Origin: Trichosphaerium sp. ATCC 40318
Taxonomy: Eukaryota; Protista; Tubulinea
Assembly (NCBI GenBank): GCA_038496445.1
Contig: JALMLS010000195.1
Span: 90,706-154,705, forward strand
Reading direction: 5' to 3'
Length of the DNA: 64,000 nt
How positions within the stretch are numbered: position 1 is the first letter of the stretch; every line of letters starts with the position of its first letter. The notes below the pieces were generated by a model. The model saw nothing but the letters and a program-made list of their open reading frames with translations. It was not told the origin of the DNA and ran no database searches. The translations under genes were made by a program, and so were the position numbers. Below, piece after piece: positions 52,486 to 64,000 of the stretch.

Positions 52486-53273
52486 ATGGCAGAAGAAGTG
52501 ATTGAAGAAAGTAGATACGAGCGCAAAGAGCGTTTGAGACGTGAGAAACGCGAAGCCAAGAAAAATAAACAAGGCGATCAGCCTGAATACGAGAAATACA
52601 ACGTGCAAAACAAGTCCAAGAAGGAACAGAACCAAGAACGCGCCCGCCAAGAGCGAGAAAAAAGAGAACAACAAAGACGCAACCAAAAGAAAAACAACAA
52701 GAAGAACTTGCAGCGCGAGCAGGTTAGCATGCGATTTTTTTTAGTTAAACGTCGTTTGCGATTGTTATTTCGCCTTTGAGACCACAAATGCTTTCTAGAC
52801 GCCATATTAACATTACTGGTAGCAAGGAGTAGCTAGAAAGTCAAAACCAACCCCAGCGCTTTCACCATTTAAATGCTTCCTCAAAGCGAACGCCAAAAGG
52901 TCAGAGGAAGAAAACAAGGCAAAATGGGGCGCAATGTCACCAGAAGACAAACAAGTACAAACCTCTATCAATTCCACTTTGTTTACATTTCACACGGCCC
53001 ATATACCAATAGGAGTCGTGTTTTTGTTGTTAGTTTCTTCCATCCGGCTGTTAACATTTGTACAACTAGGAGTACAAAGATCTTGCTAAAGCTGACAGAG
53101 AACGCTTCAAGGAAGAAATGGCGCAATGGCGTGAGCAACAAGAAAACCAAAAAGCATTGGGAAAAACAAAGAAAGGAAGGTACGTGTCGCACATCCTATC
53201 ATTTGAGCTTTTAAAAAGTCCAAAGTGCATTCTTTCAAGACACTTATTTTTTACATGTAGACAAGGTAGATAA
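52486..53273 (+). CDS. HMG-box protein with charged N-terminus
   Basis: Spliced KPTPALSPFKCFLK…AKWGAMSPEDKQEYKDLAKADRERFKEEM. Confidence 0.8.
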
Positions 53274-53546
53274 ACACCACATTCTTTGGAGTACAACACC
53301 ACATGATACGGCTATTTATTATCTAAGGAATTGGTGATATGGTAGCCTTTTGTATTACCCTCCATGAGTAAAATTGGTTTGTTTACGTGAACTTGTAGTT
53401 ACTCACTATTTTGCTTTATTTCCTATCCATAGCGCACGTAAATCGCTCACTACTAAAGAATGGGTGCCAGCGACAGTGGTCATTTTTTTTTCGAACTAAA
53501 GTGTCAAAATGCTCAATAGTAATTTATTACTTGATTTTTTGAGCTT

Positions 53547-54170
53547 TTAATACATCTCAACAGGTGTCTGTTCAGAGTAGTGGAAGAAACATTTACTTCC
53601 ACGTCTACTGCAAGTAAATTGCTTGTCTGCGAAGCTATATTTGAAAGAGCGATCTAGTCTCTTTAACCTAAATCCAGAGAATTCAAACATTACGTCCTCA
53701 ACGTCTTCCAGTTCAACAAACATGTCATATGGCATATCTTCTTGAGGGCGGAGTGCTACAGGCTGGTATACGCAATTAGCAACACCATCGAAATTGTAGC
53801 GTCCATTCGTTATTACAACAGGATTAACACGTTGCCATACAGATACAGCGTTTCTTGCATCATCGGCCAGTTCTTGTTCCGCTACTTCTTCTACTAGCGC
53901 TTCTTCCAAATCATCTTGTTCAAATCTACCCTCATCATAATACTCTAGTTCCTCATCTTCTGTTTCCTCGTCTTCGAAGGCGTTTAGTTCAAAGTTGTCC
54001 AACAATTCCTCTTCAGCTGGCTCTGCCTCTTCTACAAGGTAGAACTCTTCAGGCATTCTCTCTACAAGCTCCTCAAAGCCATCTGGCGTGTGAACAACAA
54101 GAGGGCAGTAGATAGCGTTGCAACAAGCAACAAAGAACAAAGCAGCAAGGATATGAGTTGCTTTTAGCAT
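53547..54170 (-). CDS. Intronless secreted acidic protein, unknown function
   Basis: 207-aa ORF with a signal peptide and a Glu-rich central segment. Confidence 0.75.
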   Translation of the reverse strand: MLKATHILAALFFVACCNAIYCPLVVHTPDGFEELVERMPEEFYLVEEAEPAEEELLDNFELNAFEDEETEDEELEYYDEGRFEQDDLEEALVEEVAEQELADDARNAVSVWQRVNPVVITNGRYNFDGVANCVYQPVALRPQEDMPYDMFVELEDVEDVMFEFSGFRLKRLDRSFKYSFADKQFTCSRRGSKCFFHYSEQTPVEMY

Positions 54171-54515
54171 ATTGGTGGTTGATAAAAGTGGTTCTGTTTA
54201 CCTTTTTTGCCTTTTACCTTTTTTGAGACTTTTTGTCGGCGATTCGGGTTTACCCGAGTTGTGAACGGGTGAACGCGATAACACAATTACAACGCAAGTT
54301 ATTGTTACGAAATTCAGAAAATATACGTGTTAGTGGCTGCTTCTAAACCCTCTATATAGCATTGCTTTCTTCAGTAATCAACGTACATATTGGAGTATTT
54401 ACACTCGTCCTGTTTTGAAGAAGTACTATTATGGAAGATGGTAGTTCACTCATAATTTTACGTGATATATTGCAAGGTAGTTAGTTGGTTACAAGTGATA
54501 CGTGTTGTAGGATTA

Positions 54516-57446
54516 TTATTTATTGTGTACTGGTAGTGTCATTAATTTTAGAATAGATACTTTTCTCATGTCATTTTGATGTGACCCTTGGACTTCCAAC
54601 ACCACTAACTGAAGTTTTTCTCCAGGTAGAGGTGTTGATTTTACGATCCTACAAGATAGACTTGCAATATAAGCGTTTCCGGGTAAAGCAACGTCACATG
54701 ATAACCAAGAAGTAGGCTCCTAAAGAAATTAACAATAAATAATAAAAATTTCAAAACACGTGTTAATGTGTACGTACTTCCGACATAATGTGTATTAGTG
54801 CATTGCTACCAATTTGTATATTATTTGAAGTAACAGTGCTTGATTCTAAAGCGAGAGATACAAGAGGTGGGTCTAAGGAGCAACTTGCAAAACTATTCGC
54901 TAGCAGCCTTGTTTTAGCATTCTTAAGTTCTAACAATACAACAGGCTCAGGTGGTAACACCATTTCCGGTGTTGAATTTTCTGTCTTCTCTTCCTTAGGA
55001 GGTTTGAATGCATTGAAAGATCGCTTTACATAAGTCAAAGAAGACCGCGTAGACTACAAAAGTTAGAAACAGTGTTTACCTAAGATGACACTTTGAATAC
55101 CTGCTTGAAGTCTGAGAAGTTAGCTATGACAATAGAGTGATCTCCAGCACTTTTAAAGTCGTGTGTGACGCATCTGCCAGATAAAAAACATTGAGGAAAT
55201 GTAACAAATCCTTGTAGCCGTTCAAAGCCTTCGAAAGCGTTCTTTGAAAGTGTAGGTGTTGAAAATTTGTCTGCGATGTCTTGTTGCTCCTAAAAAAAAA
55301 GTCAATGAGCCATCTTTCAGGGAACCAAAACCAAGGGGGTGTTGTGTGTACGCACTGGTGATAAAAAATGAATTAAAAATGCTTTAGGGTCATCTCCATC
55401 ACGTAATATCGAATGAAGTAGACTTGTCTTATCGACGTTAAAATACAAAAAATCTGTGTTGATAATAGACACTGATGATAACGTTATAGCGTAGTCAAGT
55501 CCTGATTGTGTCTTTGTAGTAAGAACAGCAATAGGCTTTGCGACACGAGACATGACATTCTTCATCAGTGTGGCACGTGACTCAACGTTTGGTGCCTTAA
55601 GCGTGGAATCTAGAGTGTGTACTGTACGTGAGTGTCTAGGTTTTAAAGTTACTTTCTGAAGTTAGCTATTTATCTTACCTTTCATAGACATAAAAGTTTG
55701 TTATGAGATTGTCGTGCTTAGTTAGTTCCAACTGTTCTTTCAGGTCAAGAAGCCTTGTTTAAAAGATTATTAATATCCAGTTTAGGATAAAAACCGTACC
55801 ATTGAGCCGCTGCTTTCGCTGTTGGGCAAGTCATTGCAGCTGTAGCTGCCATATCAGCAAGTGCGCAAGAAGTGGCGAGAACAGTTACTGAGCAAGGACT
55901 TGAGTGTGTTGCGTGCATAGCTAAAGTAAAAGTGAGTTGAGATAAATTTATTTCACTGATTACCTTTGCTTGTGACTGGGTCGATGATATGATGGTGACC
56001 TGTAGTACTTATTTGGTAATAATCTCCGCTAGTAGCTACAGCCTCATTCTGAATGTCTAATACTTCTATTCTCTTCTTAAGCATGTTCGGAGGTGCTACT
56101 GTTAAGAATCCTTTCTTAACACATATATCAAACATTGAAGTTACCGAAGGAGGTTCAATAATACCAACTCGCCAAGGTCTACAAGAGGGATGCTAAGGAT
56201 AGGTATGAGCGATTTTATATGAGAGCACTAGGGTGTTGGTAATTCTTTCTAACGTAGTAGCGACTCACTTACACATCCTTTGACCTTAATGTCTCCTCCC
56301 CAACATACATAGTAGTCTTTATACCCTATTTCTTCAAGTCTTTCGCCCATTAAATCAACTGCATGACCTTTAATCATTCCACCTTAACAAAGTTGTTAGT
56401 GAAGATAGAGTAAGAATGGTATAAGAAAATTATTACCAAAGTCGAGCTGTACGCTTTTATTTTCTTTGTAGAATGATCCACTTTCATGTATAAAGTGGAT
56501 TTTATCGAAGCCTACCTTAAAAAAATATTATTACAGGATACGACACTAAACAGTAAAAGATTCGCACTGATTTAGTAGTTTCAGCTATTTCTTCAGGTGT
56601 TGGGATTTTATTATTTTTTGATTTCTTTGCCCATAGGTTCTTTGCAGCGAGTATTGTAGGATCAAAGCGACCCTCTGTGAGTTGAACATATTTTTGTATT
56701 GAGCGTAGGAGTTTTTCCATCTGTGGTAAGTCAAAAGAGAGCGCTAATTTGCAAAAAAAAAAAAAAAAATCTCAATTTCAAATGACACATGTCATGTGAC
56801 ACATTTTGACATTTTGTGTTTTTTCAAAATCCTCCTACCCTTTGGGAGATTGCCATATTTGTATTAGTAGCGAGCTTATTCATTATAGATACTTCTGAGT
56901 TTGGGTTCCAGTTGTTAAACACCAAATCTATCTCGTTGAATGTGAAATCGGCAATATGCTTCAACACGTTAATTACAACTCTGACATTAGTTTTACATAC
57001 TTTTACTCTTGACAGAGCGTTAGGATCATTTTTGCGCTTGTGTACGAGGATGGTATACTGTATGGTATGAGCTACACCCGACAGCTTTACGAGATAATCT
57101 GCTTCATTTGCATCCGAGTTATCGCCATCTGCAGCAATATTAAGTGTCGGTATGGCGTAAACGCAGCTACAAAGCTGAAGGTACGCACTTGTTGCCAATA
57201 ACTGTTGTGTCGCTTGTAAACTGTGTAGCGCTTGCGATTCTGCTTCAAACTCAGGCTCAATGAACGTAGCTTCTGTCTGATAGGTATAAGAATGCTGTAC
57301 GCGCAACATAATGTATTTTTTCGCACGGTGGTGTCAGAGGCGCTATAGAATACAGGGGGAGCGAATGAGGACAACCAAGCCAACGAATTGTACATATTGG
57401 TAATAACACCTTTGTCTTCACCCAACGTGTACGAAACAGTACTCAT
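54516..57446 (-). CDS. apbE: ApbE-family flavin transferase fused to two flavin-reductase-like domains
   Basis: ApbE motifs NSEVS, GRFDPT, LDFGGMIKGHAVD, GGDI, PWRVGI, VATSGDY, HIIDP, ADMAATA. Then MSRVAKPIAVLTT…AGDH and SFASCSLDPPLVS. Confidence 0.88.
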
Positions 57447-57644
57447 CTTAAACGAAGCTATTTAGAGTTCTTTCATGCGGTAGTTTGTGTCAACGTGGTT
57501 TAAAGAGTAGACCGAAGAAGAAAACTATTTGACTTTACAAATTGCACCTTGAAAAACTTTGTTTTTTCTACGTCAAACAAAATTAATACGACAATCTAGC
57601 AGCCCAGAAAAAAAAATCGCAACACTGCGGCTGCACTTGGCGTA

Positions 57645-59278
57645 TCATGTATTTTTAATCGTGACATTGCAACCGGCAACATTTATCTTGTAAACCAGCT
57701 GGTTGTAGCCATCCGAAGTCTTTGTTACAGTTAATAAATACAAAGTGTTTCCAGCGCACGTAAGACGATGGATTCTAGTGTTTGAGGGCAATTCTGATAT
57801 CTTAAGCCTAAGACAAGCTTTTGTTTCTCTGTACACCTTTATCACGTGACTGCTTGTAGCATAATAAAAATCACCGCGTTGATCAACGGCTACACCACGC
57901 ACTACGCTCGATGGAGAATGTTTCTCCACGTCATATGTGCACACAACTGTAGAGTTACCGTTTGCGTCAATGTGTGATACATCACCTCGCCGGTGTTGCC
58001 AAGAAGCAGAGTCAAATGGAACAGTCTGTAGTTTATCTCCCCGTGTAGCCACTAAAAGTTCTCCTAAATAATTGGACGCCATGTAAAGAGGTCTATAACC
58101 CAAACAACATAAGCACTGTGCGTTCATATCGCCACCAATACGATGTTTGTTCAGTAGCACAACTTCTCCAGAAGCTAATGCCAGTATAAGATTACCATGG
58201 GTATCAAAGCACATTGCATCAGGAACTCGTATTTGACGTAATCTTTCTTGGGTATTAGGACGCTTTGGATAAGTCTTTTTATCTTTAGGCAAACGCCCGT
58301 ATTTGTGAACAAAAGCGCCAACGTCCTCACTGCTATCAGGTGTATTCGGCACAGAGCTAACAATAACGTCACTGTTTTGAACAATCATCAATTTTGAAGG
58401 GAATTCTTCAAGTAATTCATTCTCCTGTTCATTTTGTGAAGTGCCGTTCGTTGATGCATTGTTGCCAGGTGTCAACTTTAAAATTCTATGCTTTATGATT
58501 GTATCGCCTTTTTGCTTTGTTTTAACCTTTATACTGTAGAAGACGTCGGTTTTATCTGATAGAAAGTTAAAAACTAAGTTCGCGCTTCATTGAAGTAGTG
58601 TTTGGTAACCGGAGTTGGCGGTGTTTGGTTGGCAAAAAACTTTTGACATGCCAAAAGCCTTGCAATTTAGGCGTGACGTACGAGCACACAGAAGTTCTGG
58701 GGTGGAAGTGGGCTGTTCTTGTACAACTATAACACTTTGGCAATCAGAATCTGTTATCTTTACAACTGTTCTGCTCCTGCTGGAAGTGAAATATAGCTAC
58801 ATAGTGAGGTGTTAGTATTTTGTTTTTTGAGCTGTAAAAAAAACTGTATCGGAAAAAAGCCATTGGAGTACTTGTAAGTAGACGTAGATTGTATTGTAAG
58901 CGGTACATAAAATGAAAACGTAAAACCAAAAGAAAAATTCCAAACGCGTACATTTCCGCAGTTATCATGAATTAGACGCGTGACTAATGTTTTAGGCATA
59001 TCCACGGGTAGCAATATCGCTTTAAATAAAGTTGAAAGATCCTATGTTGTGGTTAATGCGTGGATAGCAGATAGAATAGGAATTAAATGGTGAAACGTTT
59101 GGTTTTCAAAGTTTAAATTTAGTTGAAAGGTTTTTCAGCTTATTGGCCTTACCACCCATTGTTTCATGGCACCGACATAGCAAGCCATTTGTTTTGAAAC
59201 CAATCTGAGCTGTAGGAAGTACGCCGGCGCTAATTGCTCTAGAACCGCCTCACGAATCTCCCTTGGCAGGTGTTCCAT
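57645..59278 (-). CDS. F-box + beta-propeller (NHL-like) protein
   Basis: MEHLPREIREAVLEQL…LRLVSK F-box; PDAMCFDTHGNLIL and RGVAVDQRGDFYYA blades. Confidence 0.7.
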
Positions 59279-59798
59279 TGGAGGTGGCGTTTGGGTGATA
59301 TTCACCTGGGGTGTATATTTTCGTACTAATACTTTCGTTCTTGTAGTGTGGGGTGTATTCAATCGACGTAAAATTGTCTAGAGCGAGAGCGTTCTTTGAT
59401 TGGCCCTAAGTGGCGATCCTTGCCTTAAAAAAAACGTACAGAATTCCGTGAGCAAGATGGAGATGTTAGGTAGAAATCTACCGGCGTTCGGCGTGCTAGA
59501 TATAGCTAAAGTGGCGATCATAGAAGGTACGTATTTTAAAGTGTTTTAAAAAAAGTCTGCAAACTACGAACCCGGGCTGTAGAGTGCGTACGTCGATACG
59601 CGCTCTATTCAAGATACGGTGTTAATTGGATTAAATCAAGCAAGTGGTAAAATTCATACATCAACAGACCAATTCCTTTGGTGCTTGAGACAGTTTTAAA
59701 CTCTACGCCATTTTACGAAACGGTTTATTTTTGTACTCCTTGTTACCTTTAGAACATACTCTACGCGTGCTTATATCGTTGTAGTGAGTGATAGCGCT

Positions 59799-61236
59799 AT
59801 GTTACCAACTAGGTACATTCCTCCGCAACCTTTACTTCCACCACGCGCCAAAAAGTGCAAGCAAGGTCCGTTCAATTCAAAATGAGAATACAATGATTTT
59901 CTGACGTTCGCTAAACCAAAATAAGTGAGATTGCCAGTATCGTATAAACCATCGCATTTTTTGGGATTACCAAAGGATTTGTTTGTGAACCTCGTTCAGC
60001 ACGAAACACTACCTGGTATTATTAACATGCGATTATTGTGTAAAACCGCAAAGCAAATGCTTGTAGAAGTACCAGTAGTAAAGGCACGTGCTTGAAAAAT
60101 CTTGAATTTGTTGACTTGATTTTCTTGTATTTAACTTCAATTAGATGCTCACTACGATACACAAGGCAACTTGTATCTCTAAAACATTTTCTCCCGGATA
60201 CATAAGTGGTATTCTAGCTCTACCAAACAACAACGTACGCTCTTAGAAGATCTAATGGTTCTCACGCTAAGATTCAAATTCAACAGGTTGTATTTTTGGA
60301 TTCAAAAAGGCATTTTGTTTGTGAAATCAACAAAAAAGGAGCAGGCTCTTTCATTATTGGGGATAACTTTGATAAGGAGTACCATCCCAATTCTATACGT
60401 GGAGGTGACTTGGATCAAGCTACAGTTTACCAGCCAATTGGAATTGCACAGAAAGTATGTTACCTTTGATTGGCAATTGAAAGTGCTAACACTATTATAG
60501 CCTTCTCAACATGCTTTGAATCAATTCATTATTTCAGATGCTCAGCATAGAATGCTTTGTTACATTGATCTTTACAATTGGTACTCGACAGTAGTCACTG
60601 TACAACCTACATTCTTCAATGATGTTACAGTAAGACGAACTTGCATTCCTGGTGCCATATGCTATGACCACAACGGAGACTTGTTGATTTGTGATCCTAG
60701 AAATAATGTTATATGCAAAAGAACAGATAATGGTGTACTGAGGCACGCTTATCATCTAAATACTTGTTTATTCTAATACGTGATCTAGCCTCTTTGCAGG
60801 TCAACTATCCTTATCTGATAGTAATGCTGCTTCATGTGCTTTTACGCAACTGAACGCTATTGCTTGCAACCCAGTAACTAAGGATATTTACATTGCTGAT
60901 GGCAAAACAATAAAGTATATCAGGAGTGGAGCTGTTACGGTTGTGCACACACGGCCAAAGTGCGAAAAGATTGCTGCGTTGACATTTGACGAAGAAGGCA
61001 ATTTGTACTTTGTTGCAAGAGCTGAAAAACTACATCGTGTTGGTTACAGAGGTCATCCAGAGATTCAATTCAAAAACGGCGGTGTATTCAAGCTACACGC
61101 AAACTCGAACGCTGTTGTTTGTGTCCGTACACGGCCTTCGTTTGATCAAATCTCAACAGCTCACTGCAGTAGCGGATACTTATACGTAGCCGGATTTATT
61201 GGCGAAACCCATAACTTGTACAAGATTAAAGTGTAG
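59799..61236 (+). CDS. F-box + NHL-repeat protein
   Basis: FLGLPKDLFVNLV…MRLLCK F-box; PGAICYDHNGDLLICD, IACNPVTKDIYIAD and LTFDEEGNLYF blades. Confidence 0.75.
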
Positions 61237-61354
61237 ATTAAGTTAAAAACGGTTGAAGGTCATAAACTAGTTCAGTGAACTATAGCTCAAAACTCCGCCT
61301 CATTTAATTGTATTATTGGCTCCTAACACAAAACACTTGTACAATTTTAACGCA

Positions 61355-61914
61355 ATGATTGTTGTAGCAAACTTAAACCCGTCTAACACATGGCACTACA
61401 GGCCTGATGGGAAAAAACATGCCTATGAAGCCATGTATGGCATGCAAAGTACAGAAACTACGATTGGTGACTCGCACCGCAAAAAAATAGTTGAACCGTT
61501 AACAAACACTTGCAAGATGCCACAAAACTAATTAGAACATTAACTGCGCTAAAGGCAAAGTTTCTGCTAATGGAGCCTGGTATAAAGCAAGATCCTGAAG
61601 TCTGGAGTGCTGTCGGGTTAAACTACGCTGATAGTATGGTCGTGGAGTGGTTGCTTAGTGCTTGCTCATACTTTATAACAAAATCCGCATCGTGGGCAAA
61701 AGACAGCCCAGTGCCGATGGACGTACATCACAAGGTACAATTTTGGCGTACAGTAGTATTTTTGTTTCGTTGCGATGGGCAGATGAGCTAAATTTCTACC
61801 AAGGTTCTTTTGCATTACATTTTCCAAAATAGACGCAATTGGGATGCTTATCTTACATCAAAGGGCATAGCCAATCCAGAATTTTCGGATTGGAAAGAGA
61901 AGGGAGAGAAATAA
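61355..61914 (+). CDS. Small uncharacterised three-exon protein
   Basis: Two ORF-track fragments join through plausible GT-AG introns into one open frame. Confidence 0.5.
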
Positions 61915-61957
61915 TGCTCTGTGTAAGTTAACAAGACCCTTACCAAAATTAGTTTCT

Positions 61958-64000
61958 TCAATTACAAAATAGTATGTACCAATCCAATAATATCTCTGGT
62001 CTTTGATCCGGCGTTCTTCTGTGTTGTACATATTGTCTATGTAATGGCACGTGGTTTTATGGTTGTGAGTGCGGAGACATTATTTTACAATTGACGTGAT
62101 GAGCATCTACAAATACTTGGTCAATGGGATAAACAGCATTTTCGTACTCTCAAAGCGCTTATCACTATTTAGTACAAGCGCCTCCGTAGAGCTATAGCTG
62201 ACATGTGTATCAAGTTGCACATCGGGTTTGTAATAAATTATAGTGCTGAGCAAGCTTTCTACATCTCCTTCCCACCAATATGGAATGGGAACCAAGCAAA
62301 TACCTAACACGTGTCAGCAACCGATTTTACCAGTTGTGCTACCATTTTCTTCGCATTGTCTTGCTTTTTCTAAATCACGTTCTTGGTGAATTGCTGCTGG
62401 GGCAACATGTGGTAATACATCGTGGTAGTGCTGTTCACCTACGATTAATGTGTTTGAGTTTGTAAAGACGCCAAATAGTACCTTGGTATTCTATAGCCAA
62501 GTTGTAAGCTGGTAAAAACAAATCAACAGAAAGTGGTCCACCTTTTGATCTAGTCCCAATACAATGTTCTTCAAGCGCTTCATCATGCGGAAGGGCCACT
62601 TTGATACACTCGATCATTTCACTAAATGTTATGAGTATTCTCTAGTGATTCAAACACAACAAAAGCGTACTATTGTCTTGATTTTTTACCAAATACAGTA
62701 AACCTTGTCCAATCCCAGTTTTCAGAAGGATACAAAACCTTTAATATGCGAGGGAAAGCATCCAAGAACCCTCCACCACCATGATCCTCTAGTTGTGATC
62801 GAGATACACGATACCTAAGTTACGGTAGAACGTTACAGAAAAATTAATAATAGTCTATTACCATTGTGAAGGATGCTCAACTTTTAATGCTTTTTCTATA
62901 TGCTGCAAAAACTCTATTTTATTATACCTGTCATTCCAGTATCCCCAAGAGTTTCGTTTACGACTTGGACTAGAGCTACTTGTAAGTTCACATTATGTAA
63001 AGTGGCACGTACCGAAAATTCCAAATAAATTGGGGATACAAAGCTTCAAGCGTTTTGCCCATAGTACCTCCATACCTGTATTTATGGTCAAAATCGCTTT
63101 ATTAATCATAGCATACTTTTCTAGAATTCCTCGTGCGCCATGGTCAATGAGAGCTAGTCTCGAAATACCATGCCAATCATCGAATACTTTGATGTCCATG
63201 TGTTTCGCTATTTCTTCAAACTGGGCTAGTTGGTTTGCCTTGTTATCCCAGTGACCCGACGCTACAGGTCTAAAATATATCTCAGTAAACGTCAAAGACG
63301 GATTCAATTGTACTTATTAAACACCCAATTGTGAGTAGGGTATATGACCAATAATACGTTAGCAACTGAACCATTGTGTCTAGAAACTAATTAGATGTGT
63401 TGTAACATCAAAATATGCTTGCTTATTTAGTATACTGCCTCCACCAGCCCTACTAAATTCTGCTTTTGACACATTGTGCCAGTCATCTAGTACTTTAATA
63501 TTCAGGTTGTTACCTAGGACATCCAACATTTTTTCTTGTGCTTGTATTACATGACGTCTCGGCTTTTTCCTAACCGAGAAAATTACTAACTTTAAACACA
63601 AAGCTGGCGTGCTTGAACTGTTGTTTAACCCACTTATGAAATGGGTACAGAGTTTTAGTGCTCGTGCTAACGAATCATCGTGCTGCTTCATTAAGGCGCG
63701 GGCGCCATTATCGTACATGTCTTGAAGGGATACAATGTACCAACCATCAAGCTCTTTTATGCGCAAATTACTGGCTACCCCATCAAGACACGTGCGATGA
63801 TTTTCCAAATCTTTCAATGGTCTTTCGGTGCACTCCTTGATAGTACCGACCGTCAATCAAAACAGCGGTATGGCCTGGCCCTTTGCGTACTTGAATTTCC
63901 AAGGAATCCAATCATGCTCTGGGTACATTGCCTGAAGTACACGAGACATTGAGTTATTATACCTGTCATACGAATAAGTTTGTAAAACGTGATTCCATTC
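61958..64000 (-). CDS. Third Trp-rich repeat + RAP/Vsr-like protein (5' end outside the window; two apparent -1 frameshifts)
   Basis: At least five repeats (GHWDNKANQL…DDWHGI…GARGILEKY…YPQFIW), then VDLFLPAYNLAIEYQGEQHY…RDLEK…IPYWW. Frame breaks near 63815 and 63655. Confidence 0.8.

Overview
AT-rich, gene-dense, intron-rich eukaryotic nuclear DNA from a protist. Gene content is amoebozoan-like, but that assignment is an inference. Introns are short (mostly ~30-130 nt), donors are usually GTAYGY, and GC donors and AAG acceptors are frequent, so the six-frame ORF track shows only exon fragments. Gene models here were spliced by hand and coordinates are gene spans. About 27 protein genes are supported: two inverted stomatin-like (SLP-2) copies, CRAL-TRIO, several F-box proteins, a transglutaminase fused to a bacterial-type N-terminal domain, GPC1, laccase, two tandem aquaglyceroporins, MORN-variant genes, HAUS1, KGD4, threonine synthase, an EEP hydrolase, DUF4397, HMG-box and an ApbE-flavin reductase fusion. 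The most striking feature is a three-member family built from ~75-78 aa Trp-rich repeats followed by a RAP/Vsr-like PD-(D/E)XK domain. Two members have Arg-rich, presequence-like N-termini. One member has a degenerate nuclease site but carries an intact minimal ATP-dependent DNA ligase, suggesting a modular organellar recognise-cut-ligate system. No rRNA, tRNA or CRISPR array was seen.
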